From: Methylococcaceae bacterium
GTDB taxonomy: Bacteria; Pseudomonadota; Gammaproteobacteria; Methylococcales; Methylomonadaceae
DNA: 64,000 nt
Assembly (NCBI GenBank): GCA_024636875.1
Contig: JAGXGJ010000094.1
Span: 700 to 64,699 of the forward strand
Direction: 5' to 3'
The notes below the pieces were generated by a model. The model did not search any database and was not told where the DNA came from. It worked only from the letters and a program-made list of their open reading frames with translations. A program made the position numbers and the translations under genes. This document shows positions 9,757-20,981 of this stretch, one piece after another (position 1 is the first letter of the stretch; each line of letters begins with the position of its first letter).

Positions 9757-9790
9757 CTAAAGGTATCTAAAGGTATCTAAAGGTATCTAG
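9757..9790. repeat. Tandem 10-bp repeat (CTAAAGGTAT) x3.4
   Basis: Three perfect copies of ctaaaggtat plus a partial ctag. A degenerate copy (taaagatct) lies just upstream at 9742..9750. The array overlaps the stop of the 75-aa orphan ORF. Confidence 0.85.
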
Positions 9791-10014
9791 TGAATAAAGC
9801 CCCTACAGCCTTGGGAAAATGCGGCATTCCACTGCCATTTGATGGGTGCGGTATTCGCTGGACGGACGGGCGGCGGCCTCCTGGCGAGAACCACTCCAGC
9901 TCCTTCATCTGCCAACTTGTAAAACAGCATTGAAAATTTGCCGCTTTCGGCGTCTATTTTACCCATTTGAAAAATATCCCGCTCTTCAAATGTGAGCCAA
10001 ACCATGAAACTCAC
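9787..10014 (-). CDS. Hypothetical protein (orphan, 75 aa)
   Basis: The call rests only on an open frame lying 29 nt downstream of the preceding orphan ORF on the same strand. I recognise no family. It may be a gene remnant. Confidence 0.3.
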   Translation of the reverse strand: MSFMVWLTFEERDIFQMGKIDAESGKFSMLFYKLADEGAGVVLARRPPPVRPANTAPIKWQWNAAFSQGCRGFIH

Positions 10015-10043
10015 TCTGGTTCAACCTAACGCCGACGCTATGC

Positions 10044-10595
10044 CTATAATTTGGTGTTACAACTTGAGATTGTTGACGGATGACTTTCAATTGTTACCGC
10101 GTCTTTGACCTCGCGCCTTACCCTGGATTTTTTTGTTATTAAATCCTGTTTTGATCGGCGATTTCGGCTTTTTTTGGATAACTCAGCTTGTGCAAGATTT
10201 TGCACAGGCTCCACTTCTTCTTGTTGATTATTGCTGTTAATGTCTATTTTCTGGAACTGGCCGTCCTGCTCACATACCAGCTGAAATATCTCATTCTCAA
10301 GCACAGCAACAGCCTCTTTCACCTGTTCGTGCCTCGGATGTTTAGGGTTGTGCAGGGGGCTGCGGACATCATTCATTATTTCATCAAGAATCTGTTGCGC
10401 TTCTCTTAATTTTTCATGGTCTAAATAATTATATTGTGGTATTTTCATTGGGCGGTCTTCAATGTTAAGGCTATTAGCCAGACTCATTTTGTACGTGTGA
10501 CAAGTTCGGATGTTAATATGTTTCCAACGAATAACACCAAGTCCATAAATACTCGCTTTGGAAACGCTGGATGTTGAAAAGAGTGTAGAAAACAA
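10044..10595 (-). CDS. Hypothetical charged/coiled protein (orphan)
   Basis: Open frame of 183 codons. The internal ATGs at 10487 and 10448 (MKIPQYNYLDHEKLREAQQILDEI..) are more plausible starts. The sequence is Lys/Glu/Gln-rich and I recognise no family. Confidence 0.4.
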   Translation of the reverse strand: MFSTLFSTSSVSKASIYGLGVIRWKHINIRTCHTYKMSLANSLNIEDRPMKIPQYNYLDHEKLREAQQILDEIMNDVRSPLHNPKHPRHEQVKEAVAVLENEIFQLVCEQDGQFQKIDINSNNQQEEVEPVQNLAQAELSKKSRNRRSKQDLITKKSRVRREVKDAVTIESHPSTISSCNTKL

Positions 10596-10959
10596 TGCTG
10601 CATTATGCCGAAAATACCGGTTGTTTTTATCTTATCTAATTATCAGAAAATTAAAGAAATAGCTCTATAGCCGGAACAAGCGCATGTCTTATTCGATACC
10701 ACATGATGTTTTTCTTTTACTGGGAGCAGCGTTTAACAATGATCGAGAAAAGGCGGAAATATTGATCGGGATTACTGTTTTCGGGTTGACCTTATTTAAT
10801 CCTGCGTTCGTCAAATGAGCCCGGCTGGTTATGAAATAAAGCGAGTTCGTAATTGGACTATGCAAAGCGCAGCCCAGCGCTAGTTGTCCCAATGTGTTGA
10901 GTTACGGGTTACGGCTAACGCCAACCCACGGAACTTGGCGTTGCTTGGTTGCTCCTGTT

Positions 10960-12393
10960 TTACCGCTTCAGTTTTGCTTTAAGCATTTTATTAACTTCAC
11001 CCGGATTTGCTTTACCCTGCATTTCTTTCATTACCTGCCCGACAAAGAAAGCGAACACTTTATCCTTACCGCTACGGTATTGCTCAACCTGACCCGGATT
11101 ACCGGCAATGATTTTATCAATAATAAGCTCTATTGCGCCGGTATCAGTGATTTGTTTTAAACCTTTTGCGGCGATAATTTCATCGGCTGTGGCGGTGCTT
11201 TGCCACATTTCTTCAAAGACTTGTTTGGCGATTTTTCCGGAAATAGTTTTGTCGCGAATGCGCGCCAATAAACCCGCCAGGCGTTCGGAACTGACAGGCG
11301 AATCCATAATCTCCAATCCGGCTTTATTGAGCGCGGCGGAAAGCTCGCCTGTTATCCAGTTGGCGCATAGCTTTGCTTCGCAACCTGATTCTTTAAGCGC
11401 TGTTTCGAAATAATCAGCCAACTGGCAGGAATACGTAAGAATAGCCGCATTCTCTTCATCCAGTGCGTATTGGTCCTTAAAACGGTGTTTTTTAGCCTGC
11501 GGTAATTCAGGCAATTGCGCTTTTATCACAGCCTTGTAATCTTCGCTTATAAAGACGGGTAACAAATCGGGGTCGGGAAAATAGCGGTAATCATTGGCCT
11601 CTTCCTTGCTGCGCATCGATCGCGTTTCATCCTTGACGGAATCATACAAACGGGTTTCCTGAACGACTTTACCGCCGTTTTCTATCAGCTCGATCTGACG
11701 CTCGATTTCATAATTGATGGCTTTCTCGACAAACTTGAACGAATTGATGTTTTTTATTTCAGCCCGTGTACCAAATTCATTCTGGCCTTTTGGACGCACC
11801 GATACGTTGGCATCACAGCGGAACGACCCTTCCTGCATATTGCCGTCACAAATATCCAGATAGCGCACCAGCTCATGCAGTTGTTTCATATAAGCGACGG
11901 CTTCTTTCGCCGAACGCATATCCGGCTCGGAGACAATTTCCAGCAGCGGCGTACCGGCACGGTTTAAATCAATCCCGGTCAAGCCATGAAAATCTTCATG
12001 CAGCGATTTACCGGCATCCTCTTCGAGATGGGCACGGGTGATGCCGATGCGCTTGCTTACTCCATCGACTTCAATTTCCAGATGCCCCTTGCCGACAATC
12101 GGCAATTCCATTTGACTGATCTGATAACCTTTGGGCAAATCCGGGTAAAAATAATTTTTTCTGGCAAAAACGGAATAAGGGGCGATTTCCGCTTCAATTG
12201 CCATACCAAAAATGACTGCTTTATGTACGGCTTCTTCATTTAATACCGGCAACACGCCGGGCAAGCCTAAATCAACTGCACAGGCTTGAGTATTGGGTGC
12301 TGCGCCATAAGCAGTAGGAGCACCGGAAAAAATTTTCGATTTGGTGGCCAGTTGGGTATGAATTTCGAGGCCGATGACTGTTTCCCATTCCAC
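10960..12393 (-). CDS. gatB: Asp-tRNA(Asn)/Glu-tRNA(Gln) amidotransferase subunit B
   Basis: 477-aa full-length GatB ([15 protein letters not shown].., C-terminal YqeY-like domain). Last gene of a gatC-gatA-gatB operon. Confidence 0.96.
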   Translation of the reverse strand: MEWETVIGLEIHTQLATKSKIFSGAPTAYGAAPNTQACAVDLGLPGVLPVLNEEAVHKAVIFGMAIEAEIAPYSVFARKNYFYPDLPKGYQISQMELPIVGKGHLEIEVDGVSKRIGITRAHLEEDAGKSLHEDFHGLTGIDLNRAGTPLLEIVSEPDMRSAKEAVAYMKQLHELVRYLDICDGNMQEGSFRCDANVSVRPKGQNEFGTRAEIKNINSFKFVEKAINYEIERQIELIENGGKVVQETRLYDSVKDETRSMRSKEEANDYRYFPDPDLLPVFISEDYKAVIKAQLPELPQAKKHRFKDQYALDEENAAILTYSCQLADYFETALKESGCEAKLCANWITGELSAALNKAGLEIMDSPVSSERLAGLLARIRDKTISGKIAKQVFEEMWQSTATADEIIAAKGLKQITDTGAIELIIDKIIAGNPGQVEQYRSGKDKVFAFFVGQVMKEMQGKANPGEVNKMLKAKLKR

Positions 12394-12404
12394 TTGTTTG
12401 CTCC

Positions 12405-13856
12405 TTACTCAAAACCTTTGGGGGGTTGTAAATGCCAATCTGTGACTTGCTGATACCGATGAGCAATGTTCAACAATCTGTCTTCGGCAAAATAATTGCC
12501 GATAATTTGCAGGCCTACCGGTTTATCTTTGACAAAGCCGGCGGGAATCGAAATAGCAGGCACCCCTGCGAGGTTGATGGCAATGGTATAAATATCCGAC
12601 AAATACATTTCAATCGGATTGCCGATTTTTTCACCGATGCCAAAGGCAGTGGTAGGCGATACCGGCCCCATAACCACATCGACCTGCGCTAAAGCATTTT
12701 TGAAGTCTTCACTGATTAAACGGCGTATTTTCTGCGCTTTAATATAATACGCATCGTAATAGCCCGCGGATAACGCATAAGTGCCCATGAGAATGCGTCG
12801 TTTTACTTCCTTGCCAAAGCCTTCGCCGCGCGAGCGCGTATACAAATCGGTTAAATCCGCCGGGTTTTCACAGCGGTAGCCATAGCGTACGCCGTCAAAA
12901 CGCGACAGGTTTGCCGAACATTCAGCGGGCGCAATCACATAATAAGCCGGAATGGCCAAGTTAAGGTTAGGCATGGCTATTTCCCTGATTTCCGCACCCA
13001 GTTTCCGGTATTCATTGACAGCTGTTTCAAGGGCTGCAGCCACATCACTGTTTAGACCGTCGCCAAAAAATTCTTTGGGCAAACCGATTTTCAGGCCTGC
13101 AATCGAGTTATTTAGCCCTGCGCTGTAGTCAGGCACAGGCAGATCGACGCTGGTTGAGTCTTTTTCATCAAATCCCGCCATGGTTTGCAGCATGATGGCC
13201 GCATCCTCAACGCTGCGGGTCATGGGCCCGCCTTGATCCAGACTGGACGCATAGGCAATCATGCCGTAGCGGGATACGCGTCCGTACGTGGGCTTTAAGC
13301 CGGTAATACCACAAAGAGCCGCGGGCTGCCGTATCGAGCCGCCGGTATCTGTACCGGTAGCAGCAACTGCCAGCCGTGCCGCCACGGCTGATGCTGAGCC
13401 GCCTGACGAACCGCCTGGAACGGTATTCATATCCCAGGGATTTTTAACTGGACCATAATAACTGGTTTCATTGGATGAACCCATGGCAAACTCGTCCATA
13501 TTGAGCTTGCCCAGCAGCACCGCGCCCGCCTGATTGAAATTTTCGACCACAGTAGCATTGTAGGGAGCAATAAAATTATCCAGCATTTTAGAACCACAAG
13601 TGGTTTTAACGCCTTCAGTACAAAAAATATCTTTTTGCGCAATGGGTATGCCGGTCAACAGCTCAGGATTTCCGTTAGCAAGCCGAACATCAGCTGCTTT
13701 GGCATTCCGCAGCGCTGAATCTTCGCTGATGGTTATATAGGTATTCAGCTTCTGATGTCGTTTGATCCGTTTTAAAAAAGCCTGCGTCAGTTCTACGCTG
13801 GAAAATTCACCGGAGCGCAAACCCTGAGCTAATTGTATAATTGTTTTGTTGTGCAT
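12405..13856 (-). CDS. gatA: Glu-tRNA(Gln) amidotransferase subunit A
   Basis: 483-aa ORF with the amidase signature ([13 protein letters not shown].., [12 protein letters not shown]). Confidence 0.96.
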   Translation of the reverse strand: MHNKTIIQLAQGLRSGEFSSVELTQAFLKRIKRHQKLNTYITISEDSALRNAKAADVRLANGNPELLTGIPIAQKDIFCTEGVKTTCGSKMLDNFIAPYNATVVENFNQAGAVLLGKLNMDEFAMGSSNETSYYGPVKNPWDMNTVPGGSSGGSASAVAARLAVAATGTDTGGSIRQPAALCGITGLKPTYGRVSRYGMIAYASSLDQGGPMTRSVEDAAIMLQTMAGFDEKDSTSVDLPVPDYSAGLNNSIAGLKIGLPKEFFGDGLNSDVAAALETAVNEYRKLGAEIREIAMPNLNLAIPAYYVIAPAECSANLSRFDGVRYGYRCENPADLTDLYTRSRGEGFGKEVKRRILMGTYALSAGYYDAYYIKAQKIRRLISEDFKNALAQVDVVMGPVSPTTAFGIGEKIGNPIEMYLSDIYTIAINLAGVPAISIPAGFVKDKPVGLQIIGNYFAEDRLLNIAHRYQQVTDWHLQPPKGFE

Positions 13857-13870
13857 TGTCTGCCTTCCCT

Positions 13871-14158
13871 TTATTCAATCACTTTCGGCACTAGATAAAG
13901 ACCGGCTTCTACTTGTGGTGCAATAGTCTGAAATTTTTCACGATTATCCCGCTCCGTGACGACATCATCCCTTAACCGCTGTACCTGATCCATCGGGTGG
14001 GCCATCGGTTCGATGCCGTCAGTATTTAGCTCATTCATCCGAGCCATCAACTCCAGTATCCCAGACAAATCCCTTGCATAAGATTCAACATCCTGCTCGT
14101 CTATCCCCAAGCGCGCCAAATGGGCAATTTTTTTCACTTCATCCGTCGTTAACGACAT
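13871..14158 (-). CDS. gatC: Glu-tRNA(Gln) amidotransferase subunit C
   Basis: 95-aa ORF ([17 protein letters not shown]..) located upstream of gatA. Confidence 0.92.
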   Translation of the reverse strand: MSLTTDEVKKIAHLARLGIDEQDVESYARDLSGILELMARMNELNTDGIEPMAHPMDQVQRLRDDVVTERDNREKFQTIAPQVEAGLYLVPKVIE

Positions 14159-14357
14159 TTTTTACTCCATAACAAAGTCAGTAAGAAAGGTGGACCGTAT
14201 AGAACCAAAACACGTGCCTTGCTCCTCGTATCTTTCGTCTTTCACCTTGTATAACGTATTCCTCAGCTGTACTATGTATATTACTACAAATAAGCTAGTT
14301 ATAGCTTGCTCAAATACCCGCTTGATTGATAAAGTAGTGGTATTTTTAATTTCCTAA

Positions 14358-15416
<1,059 letters not shown>

Positions 15417-15553
15417 GCCCCTTAAAAACTTTTTCTGACGCTCAATCGAAAAGCCAAACCGGTCGCTGCACTTTTAAACTGAAAAGTAATCGATCAAATG
15501 TTTTTTCATTTTATTAAAAGGCTTTTGTTTATCTGTTTACGAGGGATCCCGCT

Positions 15554-16441
15554 ATAAAACTATTATTTGCCTCCGGTCCATCAATCAACACCCGTCTGCT
15601 TGTAGCCATCATCGCTTCCGTTGCTCTGCTTGCTACCGAGAACAAAAGCCAACAATTGGATCCACTGCGGGTAACATTATCAATTTTCATAGACCCAATA
15701 AAATATCTGGTCGATTTGCCTGCTATACTGGTCAAAAATGCTACCGACACCGTTATCTCATATGAGGCCTTAAAAAGGGAAAATGAAAGATTACGGGAGG
15801 AGCAACTCATCCATCAAACCCGGCTGCTTAAATTTGCTGCGCTGGAAAAAGAAAATATTCGTTTGCGTGCCTTATTAGAAAACTCTTTTGAACTCGGTGA
15901 ACAGGTTTTGGTTGCCGAATTATTATCGATTAATACGGCGCCGTATGAACATATCGTTGTCGTCAACAAAGGCACCCGTTTTGGCGTTCATCCCCAACAA
16001 GCGGTACTGGATGCAAACGGTGTTGTCGGGCAGGTTTTCAGGGCATTTCCATTCAGCTCCGAAATTATGTTAATTACCGATCCGAATCATGCCATTCCCG
16101 TCCAGGTCAACCGCAACGGTTTATTAACTATCGCAGTAGGCAGCGGACAGTTGAACCGCTTGGTGTTGCCTTTTTTACCCAGCAATGCGGATATTCGCCC
16201 TGGCGACTTATTGATCACATCAGGTTTAGGCGGTACTTTCCCAAAAGGCTATCCGGTGGCTGTCGTCGATAAATTTGCCTCACAGCCCAATAAAGCATTC
16301 GTCAACATTACTGCGACACCCAAAGCCCACCTGGACCGCAACAGAGAACTGATGATAGTCTGGAGCAACTCAAAGCCGATTCCGCTCATTTCAAAGCCAA
16401 CAGCAAATGCTCCAGAAACCAGTACCCTTATCAATGAATAA
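15554..16441 (+). CDS. mreC: Rod shape-determining protein MreC (start codon non-canonical, position uncertain)
   Basis: The C-terminal 261 aa are in the ORF track. The same frame stays open back to a TAA at 15515..15517 and encodes the conserved MreC N-terminus and TM helix (KLLFASGPSINTRLLVAIIASVALLA). There is no ATG, GTG or TTG before 15656. ATA at 15554 follows a GAGGG Shine-Dalgarno-like site by 8 nt, and CTG at 15533 is the alternative. Confidence 0.8.
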   Translation: MKLLFASGPSINTRLLVAIIASVALLATENKSQQLDPLRVTLSIFIDPIKYLVDLPAILVKNATDTVISYEALKRENERLREEQLIHQTRLLKFAALEKENIRLRALLENSFELGEQVLVAELLSINTAPYEHIVVVNKGTRFGVHPQQAVLDANGVVGQVFRAFPFSSEIMLITDPNHAIPVQVNRNGLLTIAVGSGQLNRLVLPFLPSNADIRPGDLLITSGLGGTFPKGYPVAVVDKFASQPNKAFVNITATPKAHLDRNRELMIVWSNSKPIPLISKPTANAPETSTLINE

Positions 16442-16916
16442 ATACGTCGGATTTGGCCGCATTGCCTTGACCATAGTCCTGGCAATGGGTCTTAGAATAG
16501 CACCCTGGCCGGGTGTTTTAGCGGACTTCAATCCTGACTGGGTGCTGTTAGCACTTATTTACTGGTCACTTGCCGTACCTGAACGCGTAGGCATTTTTCA
16601 TGCATGGACATTTGGCTTGCTCACCGATGTCTTAACCGGCAGGCTGCTTGGTCAATACGCCCTGGCTTATTCATTGGTAATCTATATTTGCCTGAAATTA
16701 CACAAACGTTTGCGCCAATTTCCTTTGATTCAACAGGGATTGTTTATTTTTTTCTGCTTACTGCTGTCGCAATTACTGCTTTTTATAATAATGAATATTC
16801 AGCATCCTGCGCAACTTCACGCGACTTTCTGGCTGCCTGTTCTTACCGGCACAGTATGTTGGCCCTTGGTCTATACTGTATTGCGCTTTGTCCGTTTGAC
16901 ACGACGTACTCAATAG
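16434..16916 (+). CDS. mreD: Rod shape-determining protein MreD
   Basis: Polytopic membrane protein aligned to MreD (..APWPG..FNPDWVLLALIYW..). The ATG at 16434 overlaps the mreC stop (ATGAATAA). The track ORF starts 27 nt earlier, at 16407. Confidence 0.85.
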   Translation: MNKYVGFGRIALTIVLAMGLRIAPWPGVLADFNPDWVLLALIYWSLAVPERVGIFHAWTFGLLTDVLTGRLLGQYALAYSLVIYICLKLHKRLRQFPLIQQGLFIFFCLLLSQLLLFIIMNIQHPAQLHATFWLPVLTGTVCWPLVYTVLRFVRLTRRTQ

Positions 16917-16931
16917 CATACACAGCAACAC

Positions 16932-18776
16932 ATGCGCCGCATCTATCCTGTAAAAGACAATAAAGTTGAAAACCATCTATTTCTCAACCGCATTGTTGCT
17001 GCATTCATTATTATTATCTTGTTAACGTTAGGCCTGATTGTTCGCCTGATGTATTTGCAAATTGCCGGCCACGAACATTATGCATCGCTGGCAAAAGATA
17101 ACAGCATCAAAATTGTCCCTCTGGTGCCAACCCGAGGCAAAATTTATGACCGGCACGGCAAGATTCTGGCAGAAAACAGGCCCTCGTACAGCCTGGAACT
17201 CATCCCTGAAAAGATCCCTGACCTTAACGACACGCTGTCAAGGTTACAAAAACTTCTTGCCATTCCGGACGAAAAAATCGAACTCTATCAGAAGCTGCGC
17301 AAACGCCAGAAACGCTTCACCAGCACGCCGTTGTTGTTAAACATGAATAACGAAGAACTGGCAAAATTTGCCGTAGCCAGGCCTTTTTTTCCCGGCGTCG
17401 ATATCCAAACTCGTCTGGTCCGGCATTATCCCTACAGTGATCTGGCGGCTCATGTGATTGGCTATGTAGGCCGCATTAACGAAGCGGAACTTAAGGAATT
17501 GCCGGTCGCCGAATATCGCGGCTCTTCTCATGTTGGTAAACTGGGTATAGAGGGTTCCTATGAAACGCTGCTGCACGGCAAAACCGGTTACGCAGAAATT
17601 GAAACCAATGTCCATGCACGACTTCTCAACATTCTAAATGAAAAAGTTCCAGACCCGGGCGCAAACCTGTATTTGACACTTGACATTGATTTACAAAAAA
17701 CCGCTTATGATGCTTTGGGCAATTTCGATGGCGCTGTCGTCGCCATTGAAATTAAAACTGGCGGCGTACTGGTCTTTGCCAGTCGGCCTGGATTCGACCC
17801 TAATCCTTTTGTCGTCGGCATATCTAATGATGACTATCAAGCGCTGCAATCATCGACAAATCAACCGCTCTTTAATCGTGCGCTCCGGGGATTATATCCG
17901 CCCGGTTCCACGATCAAGCCGTTTATCGCGCTGGCGGGACTTGAATATGATGCGATCAGCCCACAGCAAAAAATTTTCTGCCCGGGCTATTATCAAATAC
18001 CCGGAGTGAGTCATAAATACAGAGACTGGAAAAAAGGCGGGCATGGCTCAGTCAGCTTGAACAAAGCCCTTACTGAATCTTGCGATGTGTATTTTTATCG
18101 TCTGGCTGCGGCGCTGGGCATAGATCATATGCATAGTTTTTTGCAGAAACTTGGCTTTGGTGAAAAATCAGGTATTGATCTGGTCGGGGGAAAATCAGGC
18201 TTAATGCCCTCGCGCGAATGGAAGCGTGATCGAAAAAATCAGGTATGGTACCCCGGGGAAACCTTGATCACCGGCATAGGCCAGGGTTATCTTCAGGTTA
18301 GTCCTTTACAACTGGCCAGAGCAACGGCAACGCTGGCGAATAGGGGGAATGTTGTGACACCTTTTCTGGTAAACAAAATCGCCACCGCCCAGACAACTCT
18401 CCCCGGCCCTGAAACCCACCAGCAAACCATCCCGCTTAAACCGGACAATATCGATGCTATTGTTGCCGCCATGGTTAATGTTGTTCATGGCGCGCACGGC
18501 ACTGCCAAGCGCATTAACCAGGACATCGGCTATCAAATCGCGGGTAAAACAGGGACCGCCCAAGTACTGGGCATTAAACAAAACGCAAAATATAACGAAA
18601 ATGACATTGACATCAAATTTCGTGACCATGCTCTATTTATTGCTTTTGCCCCGGCAGATGATCCTAAAATTGCCGTCGCCGTCGTGGTTGAAAATGGTGG
18701 CCACGGTGGTTCAGTCGCGGCACCCATCGCAGGACAGGTTATCAAACAATTTTTAAAGGCAAATGATGAACACTGA
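16932..18776 (+). CDS. mrdA: Penicillin-binding protein 2 (elongasome transpeptidase)
   Basis: 614-aa ORF with the SxxK (STIKP) and KTG (AGKTGTAQ) motifs. It sits between mreD and rodA. Confidence 0.95.
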   Translation: MRRIYPVKDNKVENHLFLNRIVAAFIIIILLTLGLIVRLMYLQIAGHEHYASLAKDNSIKIVPLVPTRGKIYDRHGKILAENRPSYSLELIPEKIPDLNDTLSRLQKLLAIPDEKIELYQKLRKRQKRFTSTPLLLNMNNEELAKFAVARPFFPGVDIQTRLVRHYPYSDLAAHVIGYVGRINEAELKELPVAEYRGSSHVGKLGIEGSYETLLHGKTGYAEIETNVHARLLNILNEKVPDPGANLYLTLDIDLQKTAYDALGNFDGAVVAIEIKTGGVLVFASRPGFDPNPFVVGISNDDYQALQSSTNQPLFNRALRGLYPPGSTIKPFIALAGLEYDAISPQQKIFCPGYYQIPGVSHKYRDWKKGGHGSVSLNKALTESCDVYFYRLAAALGIDHMHSFLQKLGFGEKSGIDLVGGKSGLMPSREWKRDRKNQVWYPGETLITGIGQGYLQVSPLQLARATATLANRGNVVTPFLVNKIATAQTTLPGPETHQQTIPLKPDNIDAIVAAMVNVVHGAHGTAKRINQDIGYQIAGKTGTAQVLGIKQNAKYNENDIDIKFRDHALFIAFAPADDPKIAVAVVVENGGHGGSVAAPIAGQVIKQFLKANDEH

Positions 18777-19896
18777 AACCCGTCGAGAACAATTTCAGCC
18801 GCCTTCACTGCTAGGCACTCTGCTCAGAAAGCTGCACATAGACATTCCGTTGTTTATTGGCCTTTTTCTTACTTCCTTGCTTAGCTTCGCAATTTTGTAC
18901 AGCGCCGGCAGTCAGGATATGGACATACTGACCCGCCAGGCTGCGCGCATCGGACTAGCTTTTCTGTTAATGACGGTACTGGCTCACATAGACCCTTATC
19001 AGTTTAAACGTTATTCCGTGCTGCTGTTCGGCCTGGGTATTTTCCTGCTTGTTGCTGTGTTAATCATGGGGCAGACAGGTAAAGGTGCGCAACGCTGGCT
19101 GGAACTGGGTTTTTTCCGTTTTCAGCCTTCAGAAATGATTAAAATTACTACGCCGATGATGATCGCCTGGTATCTGGCTGATCACCCGTTGCCGCCGAAT
19201 GTCAAGCAACTGTTTACAGCGACAATTCTTATTTTTGTCCCGACCTTATTAATAGCCAAACAACCTGATCTCGGTACTGCACTACTGGTTGCAAGCTCCG
19301 GCGTCGGCGTCCTTTTTTTTGCCGGACTTTCCTGGCGACTTATGCTGGCGATCATCGCCGTGCTGTCTTCATTTACCCCCATCATTTGGCATTATATGCG
19401 CGACTACCAACGCGATCGGGTACTCACCTTCCTAAACCCTGAAACTGATCCCTTGGGCAGAGGCTACCATATTATTCAATCCAAAATAGCCATCGGTTCA
19501 GGCGGTATCTATGGTAAAGGCTGGCTAGGCAGCACCCAATCGGAACTGGATTTTTTACCTGAAAGTTCTACCGACTTTATTTTTGCCGTATTTGCCGAGG
19601 AATTCGGTTTATCCGGCTGCCTGGGCTTGTTAATTCTGTATCTGTTAATTATCGGACGCAGTCTGTACATCGCCTCTCAGGCTCAGGACACCTACAGTCG
19701 ACTATTGGCGAGCAGCCTGGCTTTTACTTTTTTTGTTTATGTTTTTGTTAACATCGGCATGGTCATAGGCATCCTGCCTGTTGTTGGTGTGCCTTTACCT
19801 TTGATCAGTTACGGCGGCACATCTATCGTAACCTTACTGGCCGGTTTCGGCATTCTTATGTCAATCCACACTCATAAAAAATTTCTTCCACTCTGA
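18763..19896 (+). CDS. rodA: Peptidoglycan glycosyltransferase RodA (SEDS family)
   Basis: 377-aa SEDS protein (QPSEMIKI.., PESSTDFIFAV.., LPLISYGGTS). It overlaps the mrdA 3' end. Confidence 0.95.
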   Translation: MMNTETRREQFQPPSLLGTLLRKLHIDIPLFIGLFLTSLLSFAILYSAGSQDMDILTRQAARIGLAFLLMTVLAHIDPYQFKRYSVLLFGLGIFLLVAVLIMGQTGKGAQRWLELGFFRFQPSEMIKITTPMMIAWYLADHPLPPNVKQLFTATILIFVPTLLIAKQPDLGTALLVASSGVGVLFFAGLSWRLMLAIIAVLSSFTPIIWHYMRDYQRDRVLTFLNPETDPLGRGYHIIQSKIAIGSGGIYGKGWLGSTQSELDFLPESSTDFIFAVFAEEFGLSGCLGLLILYLLIIGRSLYIASQAQDTYSRLLASSLAFTFFVYVFVNIGMVIGILPVVGVPLPLISYGGTSIVTLLAGFGILMSIHTHKKFLPL

Positions 19897-20981
19897 TGAA
19901 ACTAAAAACTACCTTAGCCCGCATACTAATCAGCGGCATTTGCCTGACTGTGAATTCATGTGCCACAAACATAAAAGGGCCAGAATCGATCACCAAGCCT
20001 GAAAAATATCCCGTAAAAACCTACCCGTCTGACACATCGAAAGCTAACGGGATCCTTCAAGCCGTTGACATACAAGCAGCAATTAATGTCTTTATCAAAA
20101 AGATGGTAACAGCGCACCAGTTTAACGAAGCCGAGCTTACCCGGCTGTTTCAATCCGTCGAAATTAAAGAGGATATTCTCAAAAGAATTTCGTCACCCGC
20201 AGAAGGCTTGCCCTGGTATAAATATCGCAAAATATTTATGACCGATGCACGTATCAACGGCGGTGTAAAATTCTGGCAAGAAAATGAGCCTGCATTGACC
20301 GCTGTCGAACAACAGACAGGTGTTCCGGCGGAAATTATTATTGCCATCATCGGCGTTGAAACCCTTTATGGACAAAAGACCGGCAACCATCGAGTCATTG
20401 ACGCCCTGTCCACACTGGCTTTTGCCTATCCACCACGCGCTAAGTTCTTTCTCAGTGAGCTGGAAAACTTTTTGCTATTGTGCCGCGACGAACACATGAA
20501 CCCCCTGGAGCCAACAGGCTCTTATGCCGGCGCAATGGGGATGCCGCAATTCATGCCCAGCAGCTTCAGAAGCTATGCCGCGGACTTCGATAACGACAGC
20601 CGCCGCGATATCTGGCATAACAAAGGCGATGTGATCGCCAGCGTTGCCAATTACCTTGTCAAGCATCGGTGGCAGACCGGCCAGGCTATAGTTATCCCTG
20701 TGCGTGCGGCAGGGGAAAATTATAAAACCGCATTGACCAGGGATCTTAAGCCAGACTTAAGGCTTGACGCGTTAGAATCTTTAAATTTGAAAATATCGAG
20801 GCCGCTACCTTCAAGTACTAAAGTAAAACTGCTTGCTTTTGAACAGCAACAAGGTGATGAGCTCTGGGCCGGTCTGGACAACTTTTATGTCATTACCCGA
20901 TACAACCACAGCCCCCTATATGCCATGGCTGTTTATCAGTTAAGCCAATCCATTCTAAATAAAAAAGGTCATTTCCCATGA
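19896..20981 (+). CDS. mltB: Lytic murein transglycosylase B
   Basis: 361-aa ORF with lipoprotein-like N-terminus and MltB/SltB motifs (IIGVETLYG.., GAMGMPQFMPSSF). Confidence 0.88.
   Translation: MKLKTTLARILISGICLTVNSCATNIKGPESITKPEKYPVKTYPSDTSKANGILQAVDIQAAINVFIKKMVTAHQFNEAELTRLFQSVEIKEDILKRISSPAEGLPWYKYRKIFMTDARINGGVKFWQENEPALTAVEQQTGVPAEIIIAIIGVETLYGQKTGNHRVIDALSTLAFAYPPRAKFFLSELENFLLLCRDEHMNPLEPTGSYAGAMGMPQFMPSSFRSYAADFDNDSRRDIWHNKGDVIASVANYLVKHRWQTGQAIVIPVRAAGENYKTALTRDLKPDLRLDALESLNLKISRPLPSSTKVKLLAFEQQQGDELWAGLDNFYVITRYNHSPLYAMAVYQLSQSILNKKGHFP

Noticed and set aside
9757-9790. The short tandem repeats here and at 39145..39172 were considered as possible CRISPR arrays.
   Set aside because: The units are 7 to 10 bp, directly abutting with no spacers, and no cas genes are present. 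These are simple tandem repeats.
10917-10942. A hairpin, aacgccaa-N10-ttggcgtt, just downstream of gatB (minus strand), considered as its terminator.
   Set aside because: No U-tract follows on the minus strand and the stem is only 8 bp. I cannot distinguish it from chance.
16604-16963. A 119-codon alternate-frame ORF spanning the mreD/mrdA junction.
   Set aside because: It overlaps two confidently called genes in a different frame and has no motif support.
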